A stretch of 63,582 nucleotides of DNA, filler included, from Octopus bimaculoides (lineage: Eukaryota): NCBI RefSeq assembly GCF_001194135.2. It is 10 parts of 9 records of this genome, joined end to end, with 100 filler letters (N's around TTAATTAATTAA, not from the genome) between each part and the next. Parts side by side here need not be neighbours in the genome. Positions count along the whole stretch, not along the records: positions 11,311 to 15,807 come from NC_068998.1; positions 15,908 to 18,711 come from NC_068990.1; positions 18,812 to 29,927 come from NC_068991.1; 7 more parts are not named here. The stretch is one strand, 5' to 3'. Below are positions 14,716 to 25,703 of this stretch, piece by piece (within the stretch, counting starts at the first letter, position 1; every line of letters starts with the position of its first letter). Both the position numbers and the translations under genes were made by a program. The notes under the pieces were generated by a model. The model was not told the DNA's origin. It ran no database searches and saw only the letters and a list, made by a program, of their open reading frames with translations.

Positions 14716-14861
14716 TTCCGCCGAGGTCGACTTTGCCTTTCATCCTTTCTGGGTCAATAAAGTATGTACCTGTTGCATACTGGGGTCGATCTAATCGACT
14801 ACCCCAACCCCGCCACCTCCCTGAAAATTTCAAGCCTTGTGCCTAGAGTAGAAAAGCATAT
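14716..14861 (+). mobile_element. SINE family A, 5'-truncated
   Basis: ttccgccgaggtcgactttgcctttcatcctttctgggtc ... aagccttgtgcctagagtagaaa. Confidence 0.9.
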
Positions 14862-15043
14862 TTTTGTTCCCCCACCGCACAAGCAGCTCAAACAACCAGT
14901 TTAAACAATACAATACAGAATACTGCAACAGTGCCAAGGGGGTCTTCCTAGAAATGGTCAAATGACCTACTAGAATGTAAGACAAGCTGCTAAGTCTCCC
15001 TCACATTATACACTCTGGTGTATTAGTTTAATCTTCAGGAAGA

Positions 15044-15289
15044 CGTAAACACACCAGCATCGGTTGTCAAGCGATGTTGGGGGGACAAACACAGACATAC
15101 AAACACATACACACATACATATATACATATACATATATACGACGGGCTTCTTTCAGTTTCCGTCTACGAAATCCACTCACAAGGCTTTGGTCGGCCCGAG
15201 GCTATAGTAGAAGACACTTGCCACGCAGTGGAACTGAACCCGGGACTATGTGGTTGGTAAGCAAGCTACTTACCACACAGCCACTCCTA
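15044..15289 (-). mobile_element. SINE family B (tRNA head, CORE-like segment, internal CA/TA microsatellite)
   Basis: Minus strand starts aggagtggctgtgtggtaagtagcttgctt (A box) ... gggttcagttcc (B box) ... ggcaagtgtcttctactatag. Confidence 0.9.
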
Positions 15290-15570
15290 CGCCTATATAT
15301 ATATATGTAGTGTTATGTGTGTGCGTGTATGTATAATAATATATATATAAATGTATATGCAAACATATGTCATATAATTTTATCTTTGATGTTTTGAGCC
15401 TACGCTCTTTGACAGAAAGGATTAAGAATAAAAAAAAAAAACGGAGCGAGAAAAAAAAATGTGTAAGGATTAACAGTTCAACATGATAAAATGGCTCATA
15501 TATATGTGTGTGTGTATATATTTATATATATATATATATATATACTCATATATATATATATATACACATA

Positions 15571-15779
15571 CAATAATCCCTTAACTGTTATGGGTGTTAC
15601 ATTTCGAAACTCCACATGATAGGTGAAAATCTGCAAAGTAGAAACAGTACTGTACTGTATAGTTTTTTTTTATTTTCATAATTTGCATATATTTATTTTA
15701 TTATAAATGCAAGACAGCACCACAGAGGAATCAACATAAGCTTAAATAATGAACCATGATATGGCAAGGGATTACTCTG
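15571..15779. mobile_element. pogo/Tigger-like MITE, copy 1
   Basis: TA-caataatccctt ... aagggattact terminal inverted repeats. Body (aggtgaaaatc, agtactgtac, ataagcttaaataat) is shared with 37797-38017. Confidence 0.65.
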
Positions 15780-15907
15780 TGTGTGTATTTTATATATATA
15801 TATATATNNNNNNNNNNNNNNNNNNNNNNNNNNNNNNNNNNNNNNNNNNNNTTAATTAATTAANNNNNNNNNNNNNNNNNNNNNNNNNNNNNNNNNNNNN
15901 NNNNNNN

Positions 15908-15939
<32 letters not shown>

Positions 15940-15942
<3 letters not shown>

Positions 15943-16130
15943 TCTCTTATTTGTTTCAAACATTTTGCTGCAGCCATGCTGGAGCCCCACCTTTATTCGA
16001 ACAAATCGACCCTCGGGACTTACTCTTTGGTTCGTTTTGTCGAACCGCTAAGTCACGGAGACGCAAACGCATCAATATCGGTTGTCAAGCGATGGTAAGG
16101 GTACAAAACCAGAAACACAAACACACACAC
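15940..16130 (-). mobile_element. SINE family B, 3' half
   Basis: tgcagccatgctggagc...gaacaaatcgaccc...gaaccgctaagt...ggttgtcaagcgatgg. Confidence 0.85.
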
Positions 16131-16147
16131 ATACATATGTATATATT

Positions 16148-16227
<80 letters not shown>

Positions 16228-16301
16228 TATACATATATCTATGTATATATATATGTGTATATATATGTGTGTGGATAGAGAGAGAGAGAGAGATATATAG
16301 T

Positions 16302-16520
16302 GCGGTGAGCTGACAGAATCGTTAGCACGCCAGGTGAAATGCTTAGTGCAATTTTGTCTCTTGTTACGTTTTGAGTTCAAATCCTGCCGAATTCGACTTC
16401 GCCTTTCATCCTTTCGGGATCGATTAAATAAGTAGCAGTTACGCACTGGGGTCGATGTAATCGACTTAATCCCTTCTGTTTGTCCACTCTATGTTTAGCC
16501 CCCTGTGGGCAATTCAGAAA
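16302..16520 (+). mobile_element. SINE family A, full length with alternative 3' tail
   Basis: gcggtgagctgacagaatcgttagcacgcc ... gagttcaaatcc ... cctttcatcctttcggg. The tail tgtccactctatgtttagcccc also occurs reversed at ~38490-38530. Confidence 0.9.
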
Positions 16521-17717
16521 TATATATATATATATATATATATTTCTGAATTGCCCACAGGGGGCTAAACATAGAGTGGACAAACAGAAGGGATNNNNNN
16601 NNNNNNNNNNNNNNNNNNNNNNNNNNNNNNNNNNNNNNNNNNNNNNNNNNNNNNNNNNNNNNNNNNNNNNNNNNNNNNNNNNNNNNNNNNNNNNNNNNNN
16701 NNNNNNNNNNNNNNNNNNNNNNNNNNNNNNNNNNNNNNNNNNNNNNNNNNNNNNNNNNNNNNNNNNNNNNNNNNNNNNNNNNNNNNNNNNNNNNNNNNNN
16801 NNNNNNNNNNNNNNNNNNNNNNNNNNNNNNNNNNNNNNNNNNNNNNNNNNNNNNNNNNNNNNNNNNNNNNNNNNNNNNNNNNNNNNNNNNNNNNNNNNNN
16901 NNNNNNNNNNNNNNNNNNNNNNNNNNNNNNNNNNNNNNNNNNNNNNNNNNNNNNNNNNNNNNNNNNNNNNNNNNNNNNNNNNNNNNNNNNNNNNNNNNNN
17001 NNNNNNNNNNNNNNNNNNNNNNNNNNNNNNNNNNNNNNNNNNNNNNNNNNNNNNNNNNNNNNNNNNNNNNNNNNNNNNNNNNNNNNNNNNNNNNNNNNNN
17101 NNNNNNNNNNNNNNNNNNNNNNNNNNNNNNNNNNNNNNNNNNNNNNNNNNNNNNNNNNNNNNNNNNNNNNNNNNNNNNNNNNNNNNNNNNNNNNNNNNNN
17201 NNNNNNNNNNNNNNNNNNNNNNNNNNNNNNNNNNNNNNNNNNNNNNNNNNNNNNNNNNNNNNNNNNNNNNNNNNNNNNNNNNNNNNNNNNNNNNNNNNNN
17301 NNNNNNNNNNNNNNNNNNNNNNNNNNNNNNNNNNNNNNNNNNNNNNNNNNNNNNNNNNNNNNNNNAAACAGAGGATTCCAAGGTGGCAAACACAAACCAA
17401 GACTGGAAAAATTGGACAGTGAAAACAACATTAAAAAGCCGTACGGCCAAATGCGAATCTGATGTAGAACGCTAGTAGTTCGTCTTGCCTTCACAGCGGC
17501 TGAAGTGAAAAGAAAGTTGACCACGGGTTGATCCACTACTCAGGAAGAGACTATTCTAGAGTACTATCTGCCTTATCTTCGAAACGTCGGGTTAGAATAG
17601 AGGCAGCTGATGAAGGAATATTCTAAGGGGCTTTCCGTTTTCCTATGTGTTCGTTCCGTTGTCTGTAGTTCATTGTTCTAACGTCCTGTACCCTGATATG
17701 TACGTTGTGTGTGTGTA

Positions 17718-18106
17718 TATCTTTTACTTGTTGCAGTCATTTGACTGCGGCCATGCTGGGGTACTGCCATGAAGGGATTTAGTCGAACAAATCGACCCCA
17801 GTAACTTTTATTGTTTGTTTTAAGCCTAGTACTTATTCTATTGGCTCCTTTTATTTGCCTAACCGTTAAGTTACGGGCACGTAAACACACCAACACCGGT
17901 GGTCAAGCGGTGGTGGAAAACAAACAGACACAAACAAACACACATAAGAAAAAAACGACTGGTTTCTATCAGCTTCCGTCTACCAAATCCGCTCACAAAG
18001 CTTTAGTTGAGCCGAGGCTATAGAAGAAGACACTCGGTCAAGGTTCCACGCAGTGGGACTGAACCCGGAACCATGTGGCTGGAAACAAGTTTCTTACGAC
18101 ACAACC

Positions 18107-18108
<2 letters not shown>
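17718..18108 (-). mobile_element. SINE family B, near full length
   Basis: Both the 3' segment (cagtcatttgactgcggccatgctgg) and the tRNA/CORE head (cgcagtgggactgaacccggaaccatgtgg) are present. Confidence 0.9.
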
Positions 18109-18183
<75 letters not shown>

Positions 18184-18282
18184 TATTGATAGAAATAGCA
18201 AAAGAATGAAAGAGACCTTGATATTATGTAAATAAAGGAATTTATCTGTAAATATGATATGTAACAATTATTCGGCAGCCAT

Positions 18283-18331
18283 GATAAAACTCCGAGTTTC
18301 GGATATCGGGACGGAAACCCACGTCAGTATC
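18283..18331 (-). ncRNA. Degenerate minimal hammerhead ribozyme motif
   Basis: Minus strand: GATA-CUGACGU-GGGU...AUCC-GAAACU-CGG-AGUU-U-UAUC. A9->U and one extra U before helix I. Confidence 0.4.
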
Positions 18332-18919
18332 TCTTCAATTATCGTGCCATCGAAAAAACTATGAAAATGACCGTTAAATAAAGGGATATTCCTCTGTGAT
18401 TGACCGTTATTAAGACAAAAGAGCTATTAGAATGACCACTAGGTGAGGAGAGGGAGTAAATGTAAGGGAGTAAAAATGTTCATAGTAATCGCGTAAGCGC
18501 GCATGTCCATACATACGCATGCGCGCCTGCACACCCACGTACATGTGCCTATATGTATATACTCATCCAGCCTCACTTGAAACACACACATGCTCACCCA
18601 CACATTCGCCAAAACATATATATATATATATATACATCCCCGCATACACGCTCGCACACACATACACACACGCACAAAAAAGGTTCAAAAGACGTGTGTA
18701 TGAACCTTTTTNNNNNNNNNNNNNNNNNNNNNNNNNNNNNNNNNNNNNNNNNNNNTTAATTAATTAANNNNNNNNNNNNNNNNNNNNNNNNNNNNNNNNN
18801 NNNNNNNNNNNCATCCTCATCATGAAGTATAATAATAACAACAACGACAACAACAATAATGTTTTCTTTATTAATCACAACGGGTTGAAAAAAAAACATA
18901 GGGGACGGTACGAGCGTAA

Positions 18920-18920
<1 letters not shown>

Positions 18921-18985
<65 letters not shown>

Positions 18986-19167
18986 AATAATGATATTGAA
19001 GGGAGTAAAAGATAAGGAAGTATTTGTTTTGAAGATAATGCGATTGAAGGAAGTGGGATGTAACCACCCATTGTCGTTGATTGGAAGTTAGAGATAAAAG
19101 GGTAAGATGGCGCCGTATGAAGTTTGTGGTAAAGCAACCGACGAAACCATGAGCAGGGAATAACATC

Positions 19168-19235
<68 letters not shown>
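18921..19235. repeat. (AAT)n tract (~18921-18992) and (AG)n tract (~19173-19235)
   Basis: Directly visible simple repeats. Confidence 0.95.
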
Positions 19236-19242
<7 letters not shown>

Positions 19243-19569
19243 AGATCTGATCAGTAACATTTCGGTAAAAAGTCTGGTATGAGAACGTTGCATAAAGAGA
19301 GCAGTACGATGGTCTCAGGTCTGAGGGTAACTTTCTCCCTAATTTCTACCATCAGTCTTGGAGGCCCTGAAAAGAAGAAGGCTCACGAACGTTGCCCCTT
19401 TAAAATAACAGAAGTTAGAAGGACACGGAGATTCACTCTTTTGCTCGTAGGTAGAAGTAAATGAATTCGATTTAGTTGGAACATGGCGGTTGCTGTTTGC
19501 CATCACTTTCTTCTGGTGATCTGTACATCGTAGGTGTGGATGGACGTGTGTTTAAATTAAGATTTCTTT

Positions 19570-19710
19570 GCAGTCACGTGGTTTTGTTTTAAGTTCAGTT
19601 TCACTGTGCATCACCTTGGACAAGTGCTTTCGATTGTAGGTCCGAGTCGAACAATGCCTTGTTAATGAATTTGGAAGACGGAAAATGTGCGGAAGCCCAT
19701 GTTTATATAT
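19570..19710 (+). mobile_element. SINE family B, 5' half (diverged)
   Basis: aagttcagtttcactgtgcatcaccttggacaagtg ... gaatttggaagacggaaaatgtgcggaagccc. Confidence 0.65.
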
Positions 19711-20349
19711 ACATGCATACATTCATATATGGAATGTGGTATTCTGCAGCTGCAAAATACCAACCACATTCGATTCGACGCTTCGAAAGTTTGTTATAAA
19801 ACATTGTCTCACACACACACACACACACACACACAGATGCACACACACACACATGCGCATACGCACACGCACATATATTTATATATATATATATATACAT
19901 ATATATTTATATATACACATATATACATACATACATTCATNNNNNNNNNNNNNNNNNNNNNNNNNNNNNNNNNNNNNNNNNNNNNNNNNNNNNNNNNNNN
20001 NNNNNNNNNNNNNNNNNNNNNNNNNNNNNNNNNNNNNNNNNNNNNNNNNNNNNNNNNNNNNNNNNNNNNNNNNNNNNNNNNNNNNNNNNNNNNNNNNNNN
20101 NNNNNNNNNNNNNNNNNNNNNNNNNNNNNNNNNNNNNNNNNNNNNNNNNNNNNNNNNNNNNNNNNNNNNNNNNNNNNNNNNNNNNNNNNNNNNNNNNNNN
20201 NNNNNNNNNNNNNNNNNNNNNNNNNNNNNNNNNNNNNNNNNNNNNNNNNNNNNNNNNNNNNNNNNNNNNNNNNNNNNNNNNNNNNNNNNNNNNNNNNNNN
20301 NNNNNNNNNNNNNNNNNNNNNNNNNNNNNNNNNNNNNNNNNNNNNNNNN

Positions 20350-20403
<54 letters not shown>

Positions 20404-20707
20404 CATATATACGTGCTCTCACAAATATACACACACAGCGCACAAACGTGCACACATATACAGACATGAACAAAATCAGAATATAAATTTATAAACGAGG
20501 AAATGTATGTATATATGCATGTATGTATGTATGTATATATGTATGTATATATATGTATATATGTATGTATGTATGTATATATGTATGTATGTATATGTAT
20601 TTATTGTGTTCGTATTTTAGATGTTTCATAAATGAACCACCTCCATGCATTTTTCATGACAGTTCATCATCAGTACCATCATTATCATCAGCACCACCAC
20701 CACCACC

Positions 20708-20741
<34 letters not shown>

Positions 20742-21549
20742 TGTATTTCACCTGCTGCTGCTGCTGCTGCTACGGCATACGCATTCTTGACATTCCCTCA
20801 GCTACCAATTCCTCGTTTCTTTCCTCTTTCTTCCTTTCTTTCCTTCCTCTTCGACCTTTCCTCTCTTTCTTTTTTTTTTCTCTTTCACCTTTCTTCTTCA
20901 GTTCCCCNNNNNNNNNNNNNNNNNNNNNNNNNNNNNNNNNNNNNNNNNNNNNNNNNNNNNNNNNNNNNNNNNNNNNNNNNNNNNNNNNNNNNNNNNNNNN
21001 NNNNNNNNNNNNNNNNNNNNNNNNNNNNNNNNNNNNNNNNNNNNNNNNNNNNNNNNNNNNNNNNNNNNNNNNNNNNNNNNNNNNNNNNNNNNNNNNNNNN
21101 NNNNNNNNNNNNNNNNNNNNNNNNNNNNNNNNNNNNNNNNNNNNNNNNNNNNNNNNNNNNNNNNNNNNNNNNNNNNNNNNNNNNNNNNNNNNNNNNNNNN
21201 NNNNNNNNNNNNNNNNNNNNNNNNNNNNNNNNNNNNNNNNNNNNNNNNNNNNNNNNNNNNNNNNNNNNNNNNNNNNNNNNNGCCACACTGAGCTGGCTAA
21301 CTCTTAAAAAAAGAAAAATAAATCTCTTCTTTCTTTTTTTTTTCAAAAATTAAAAACAAGAAATTTAGTAAAAATAGCAGCAAAAAATGGATAAAACCAA
21401 GTATTTGCTGGTTGTAGAATCATGGGAATTTGATTCAGTTTAATTCGCCATTCTTTATTTTCATGTCATTCTTGTGCTTATTCTTATTCTTTTCCTTATT
21501 CTTTCTTTCTTTTCTTCTTTCATTTTCATTCTACTTCTTTTTCTCAAGT

Positions 21550-21904
21550 CTCCTTTTTTTTTTTAATTCCTAACCTTAATTTTTCTTCACATCTCCGTTC
21601 TCTTCTTTATCGTCATACCTTCCTCACTCTCTTTTCTTTCTTTTTGTCTTTCTTTCTTTCTGTCTTTCTTTCTTTCTTTTTTCTTCTTCTTCTTCTCCTC
21701 CTCCCCCTTCTTATCGTTTTTATTCTTCACCTTTACCTTCTTTTTCTTCTTGTTATTCTTCTTCTTCGTCAGCGTCATCATAATCATCATCATCATCATC
21801 CTCTTCTTCTTCTCTTTCTTTCTTTCTTTTCACCTTTTCCTCTTCACTCTTCATTTTCTTTTTCTTCTTCTTCTTCTTCTCCTTCTTCTTCTTCTTCTTC
21901 TTCT

Positions 21905-21944
<40 letters not shown>

Positions 21945-22200
21945 TTCTCATTTTCCCCTCCTCTTCACTCTTCTTCTTCTTCTTCTTCTTTTTCTTCTTC
22001 TTCTTCTTCTTCTTCTTCTTCTTCTTCTTCTTCTTCTTCTTCTCTTTCTTCTCTTTCTTCCTTCTTTCTTTCTTTTCACCTTTTCTCCCTCCTCTTCACT
22101 CTTGATTTTCTTCTTCTTCTTCCTTCCTCCCTTCTTTCTTTCTTTCTTTCTTTCTTTTCACCTTTCTCCTTCCTCTTCACTCTTCATATTCCTCTTCTTC
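21550..22200. repeat. Compound CT-rich microsatellite with higher-order repeat unit
   Basis: (TTC)n and (TTTC)n tracts separated by four copies of an anchor TTTCACCTTTT..CCTCTTCACTCTT. Confidence 0.85.
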
Positions 22201-22499
22201 ATCGTAATCTCTTTTATTTTTTTGTATTTTAAATTTCAAATAATTTTATATTTCTTTTGTTTTTTCGATTTCATTTTGAGTTATATTTTTTATTTCAATT
22301 CCTTTTATTTATTTATTTTTTTATTTATTATTTTTTTTTTGATTTCTAAAATCTGAAATCCCCTTTTTGCACTTTTGACCTCTCGTATTTCCCACTCCAA
22401 CCTGAAAACAAACATTATAATTAGGCACTAATTAGATTTTAATTAGATTTTAAACGATACTTTCGTTTTTTTTTTCTTCATGTCTTTTTTCTATTATAT

Positions 22500-23059
22500 A
22501 CTCTTTTACGCTTTTACTTGTTTCAGTCATTTGACTGCAGCCATGCTGGAGCACCGCCTTTAGTTGAACAAATCGACCCCAGGACTTATTCTTTGTAAGC
22601 CTAGTACTTATTCTATCGGTGTCTTTTGCCGAACCGCTAAGTTACGGGGACGTATACACACCAACATTGGTTGTCAAGCGATGGTGGGGGGACAAACATA
22701 GACACACAAATACATACATACATATATATAAAAAAGAAGATAATGAAATGACTTCCCAACCACATAGTTCCGGGTTCAGTCCCACTGCATGGCACCTTGG
22801 GCAACTGTCTTCTGCTATAGCGTCGGGCTGACCAAAGCCTTATGAGTGGGTTTGGTAGAGGGAAACTGAAAGAAGCCCGTCGTATATATATATATGTGTG
22901 TGTGTGTGTATGTACATATATACGACGGGCTTCTTTCAGTTTCCTTCTACCAAATCCACTCACAAGGCTTTGGTCGGCCCGACGCTATAGCAGAAGACAG
23001 TTGCCCAAGGTGTCATGCAGTGGGACTGAACCCGGAACTATGTGGTTGGGAAGTCATTT
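22500..23059 (-). mobile_element. SINE family B with internal inverted duplication of its 5' half
   Basis: 3' half at ~22500-22730 (-), 5' half at 22916-23059 (-), and an inverted copy of that 5' half at 22746-22890 (+). Confidence 0.85.
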
Positions 23060-23299
23060 AATTTTCTGTTTTTTTTTTTTCTGGATAGAGGAAGATTCGA
23101 ACTCAGTATCTGCCATTGCTAAATTGCTGTTAATTCAGTCCTCCTACTCCTACTCCCACCGATTCATTCTCTCGTTATCTCACTATCCTCCCACTCCCAT
23201 CTCTCTCTTTCTCTCTCTCTCTCTCCCCTCTCCCTCCCCTTCTCTTCCTCTCTCTCTTTCTCTCCCTCTCTCTCTCTCTCTCTCTCTCCCTCTGAACTA

Positions 23300-23696
23300 C
23301 ACTACTGTAGCCACTGCAACGCTACTATAGTCATCATTACGATGACCACTAGGCAACTACAGCCGCTACTATATCGCTGCAGTTACCACTTGACACCAAC
23401 CGCTACACCGGTACAATCAGTGCTCCATCAATACAAACACCACTGCATTACTATAACCAGTACTATACTTTTGCAGCCACAACAACACCACAGGGGCTAG
23501 AAATATAGTACTACATCCGCCACAACCTCCAATGCAATCACCACTACAACACTCTAACCATCACTATAGCATTGAATCCATAACAATGTCATAACCGACA
23601 CCAAAGTACCACCACCGCTACCACTACAACTACTACAGCAACCACTACCGCGGCTGCTGCTACTACTACTACTACTACTACCACTACCACGGCTGT

Positions 23697-23729
<33 letters not shown>

Positions 23730-23750
23730 AGCCACCACTACCACGGCTGT

Positions 23751-23801
<51 letters not shown>

Positions 23802-24014
23802 AGCCACCACTACCACGGCTACTACTACTACTAGACTAATACCACTACAACTACTACTGATACTATTAGACTACTGATTCCACTATAACTACTATCAATG
23901 TTACTAGACTGCTGCCTCCACTACTATTACCAATACTCTCATACAGTAGTCACAACCATACCACTGCAGCTATCACCGTAGCTACAACACCACCATTGCA
24001 TTGATTACTAACCT

Positions 24015-24047
<33 letters not shown>

Positions 24048-24048
24048 G

Positions 24049-24086
<38 letters not shown>

Positions 24087-24180
24087 TTACTACCATTACT
24101 GCTGCTGCTGCTGTTGCTACTGTTGCTGCTGCTACTGCTACAACTACATCCCCAATTGTACCATTGCACCTCTGCAGCCA
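23300..24180. repeat. (CTA)n/(CCA)n low-complexity region
   Basis: Long TAC runs with a repeated cagccaccactaccacggct anchor; source of the spurious poly-V/poly-S ORFs. Confidence 0.9.
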
Positions 24181-24680
24181 ACACAACAATTACTTTTCTC
24201 CGACTGAAGAATCCATTTTCGTCACGTGTCACAATGGATCGTTTTTTTTTTTGCTGCGCAAAACAAGAGACAGATCTGACTTCGGAATGGTAATATTTTT
24301 AGGTGATGGTGGTGGTGTTGGTGGTGGTGGTGGGATGTTTCTGTCGTTTAGCTTGTGAAGTACTCATTTGTCGAACTCTTTTCTCTTTTTTTTTTTTTGT
24401 ACTTTTCATTGTGATGTAAATGTCGAACAACTGTTAAATAGTCAACGCTTCGCTCTTCGCCAGCCTCTCGAGTTATTTTTAAGTGGATCCACTCCAATAA
24501 TAACACCCCCTCCACACACACATACNNNNNNNNNNNNNNNNNNNNNNNNNNNNNNNNNNNNNNNNNNNNNNNNNNNNNNNNNNNNNNNNNNNNNNGCAAA
24601 AGTTCTGGCACCAAAATTGAGCTGTGAATTCTTCGACGGTTCCCCGGCCAAACGCTTGGTTAATATTGGTTGCAAATTTT

Positions 24681-24973
24681 GACACAAGGCCACCAATATC
24701 GGGGAGGGGGGAAAGCCGACTACATTAACTCCAGTGCGTAACTGGTACTTATTTTATCGATCCTGATATGATGAAAGGCAAAGTCGACCTCGGCGGAATT
24801 TGAACTCAGAACGTACGGGCGAAATATCGTTAAGCATTTCGTCCGACGTGCCACCGATTCTGCCAACTCGCTAATAATCCTTTCTACTATAGGTACAAGG
24901 CCTGAAACTTTGGGGTAGGGGGCTGGTCGATTACATCGACCCCAGTGATGAACTGGTACTTATTTTATCGACT
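24681..24973 (-). mobile_element. Two SINE family A copies head-to-tail (24681-24871 full; 24872-24973 3' part)
   Basis: The second copy's tail taataatcctttctactatagg directly abuts the first copy's head (tgccaactcgc). Confidence 0.85.
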
Positions 24974-24975
24974 CT

Positions 24976-25703
24976 GACTGGGTTCTCCAGCTTATGTAGC
25001 ATGGTGCAGGGTCCTATTGCCAGGCATAGGGTCTTCCAGCAGCCATCCTCTTGACCCAGGGCAGCACTATCTCCTCCAGGCACTTGATGTAGGCTGTGAT
25101 GTAGGCTATGTGTTCACCATTTGATCCTGGCAGGATGCTTGAGTTTGTTCAACAGCTTCGTAGCGCGGTCTTTCCTCTTGTTCTTCATGGCTTGGGATAA
25201 AAATTGGCCCTTTCTCACTATGTATGAGGAATATCGAATGCCTTCATGCACTACCTGTCTGATATGAAACTCAGACACTCCCATGCCCATGGTGATGGAC
25301 CTGATTGACTTGGAGGGGTTGTTGTCAATCATGGCCTGGATCTCACCCACAAATTCAGAAGTTCTTTTCTTATCAAAACGATCAGAGTTAGTTTTCCGAA
25401 CTGCCGTATCTTCGTAATCACCATTATCTTCGTAATCATCCAACTCTTTCCGAATCCTCTGCACTGTCCTCAGATTGCCAGTTAAACACTCTGAATTGTT
25501 TGTATTGGAGCTTCTGGCTTGAATGCCAAGCAATACAGCATGTTGTTTCCAAATTTCTGTCAGAGTGAATTGCATCATGGTGCTGTTTTTCTTACAGACG
25601 GTGCCCAGCTGACCCTACCATACTGTGTAATCGACAGAATCTAAAACAAACAATGCGCGAAATTGAAAATATAAAATGGCGACAATTTACCCATCGCACC
25701 AGG
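24976..25703 (-). mobile_element. Tc1/mariner (maT/DD37D-like) DNA transposon relic: 5' TIR, HTH region and deleted DDD domain
   Basis: ORF 25578..25114 reads like a transposase DNA-binding region (RTSEFVGEIQAMIDNNPSKSIRSI..MGVSEFHIRQVVHEGIRYSSY..RKGQFLS). Shifted frames continue CQDQMVNT and AYIKCLEEIVLPWVKRMAAGRPYAWQ*DPAPC. Terminus cctggtgcgatgggtaaattgtc is followed by TA (25704-05). Confidence 0.85.
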
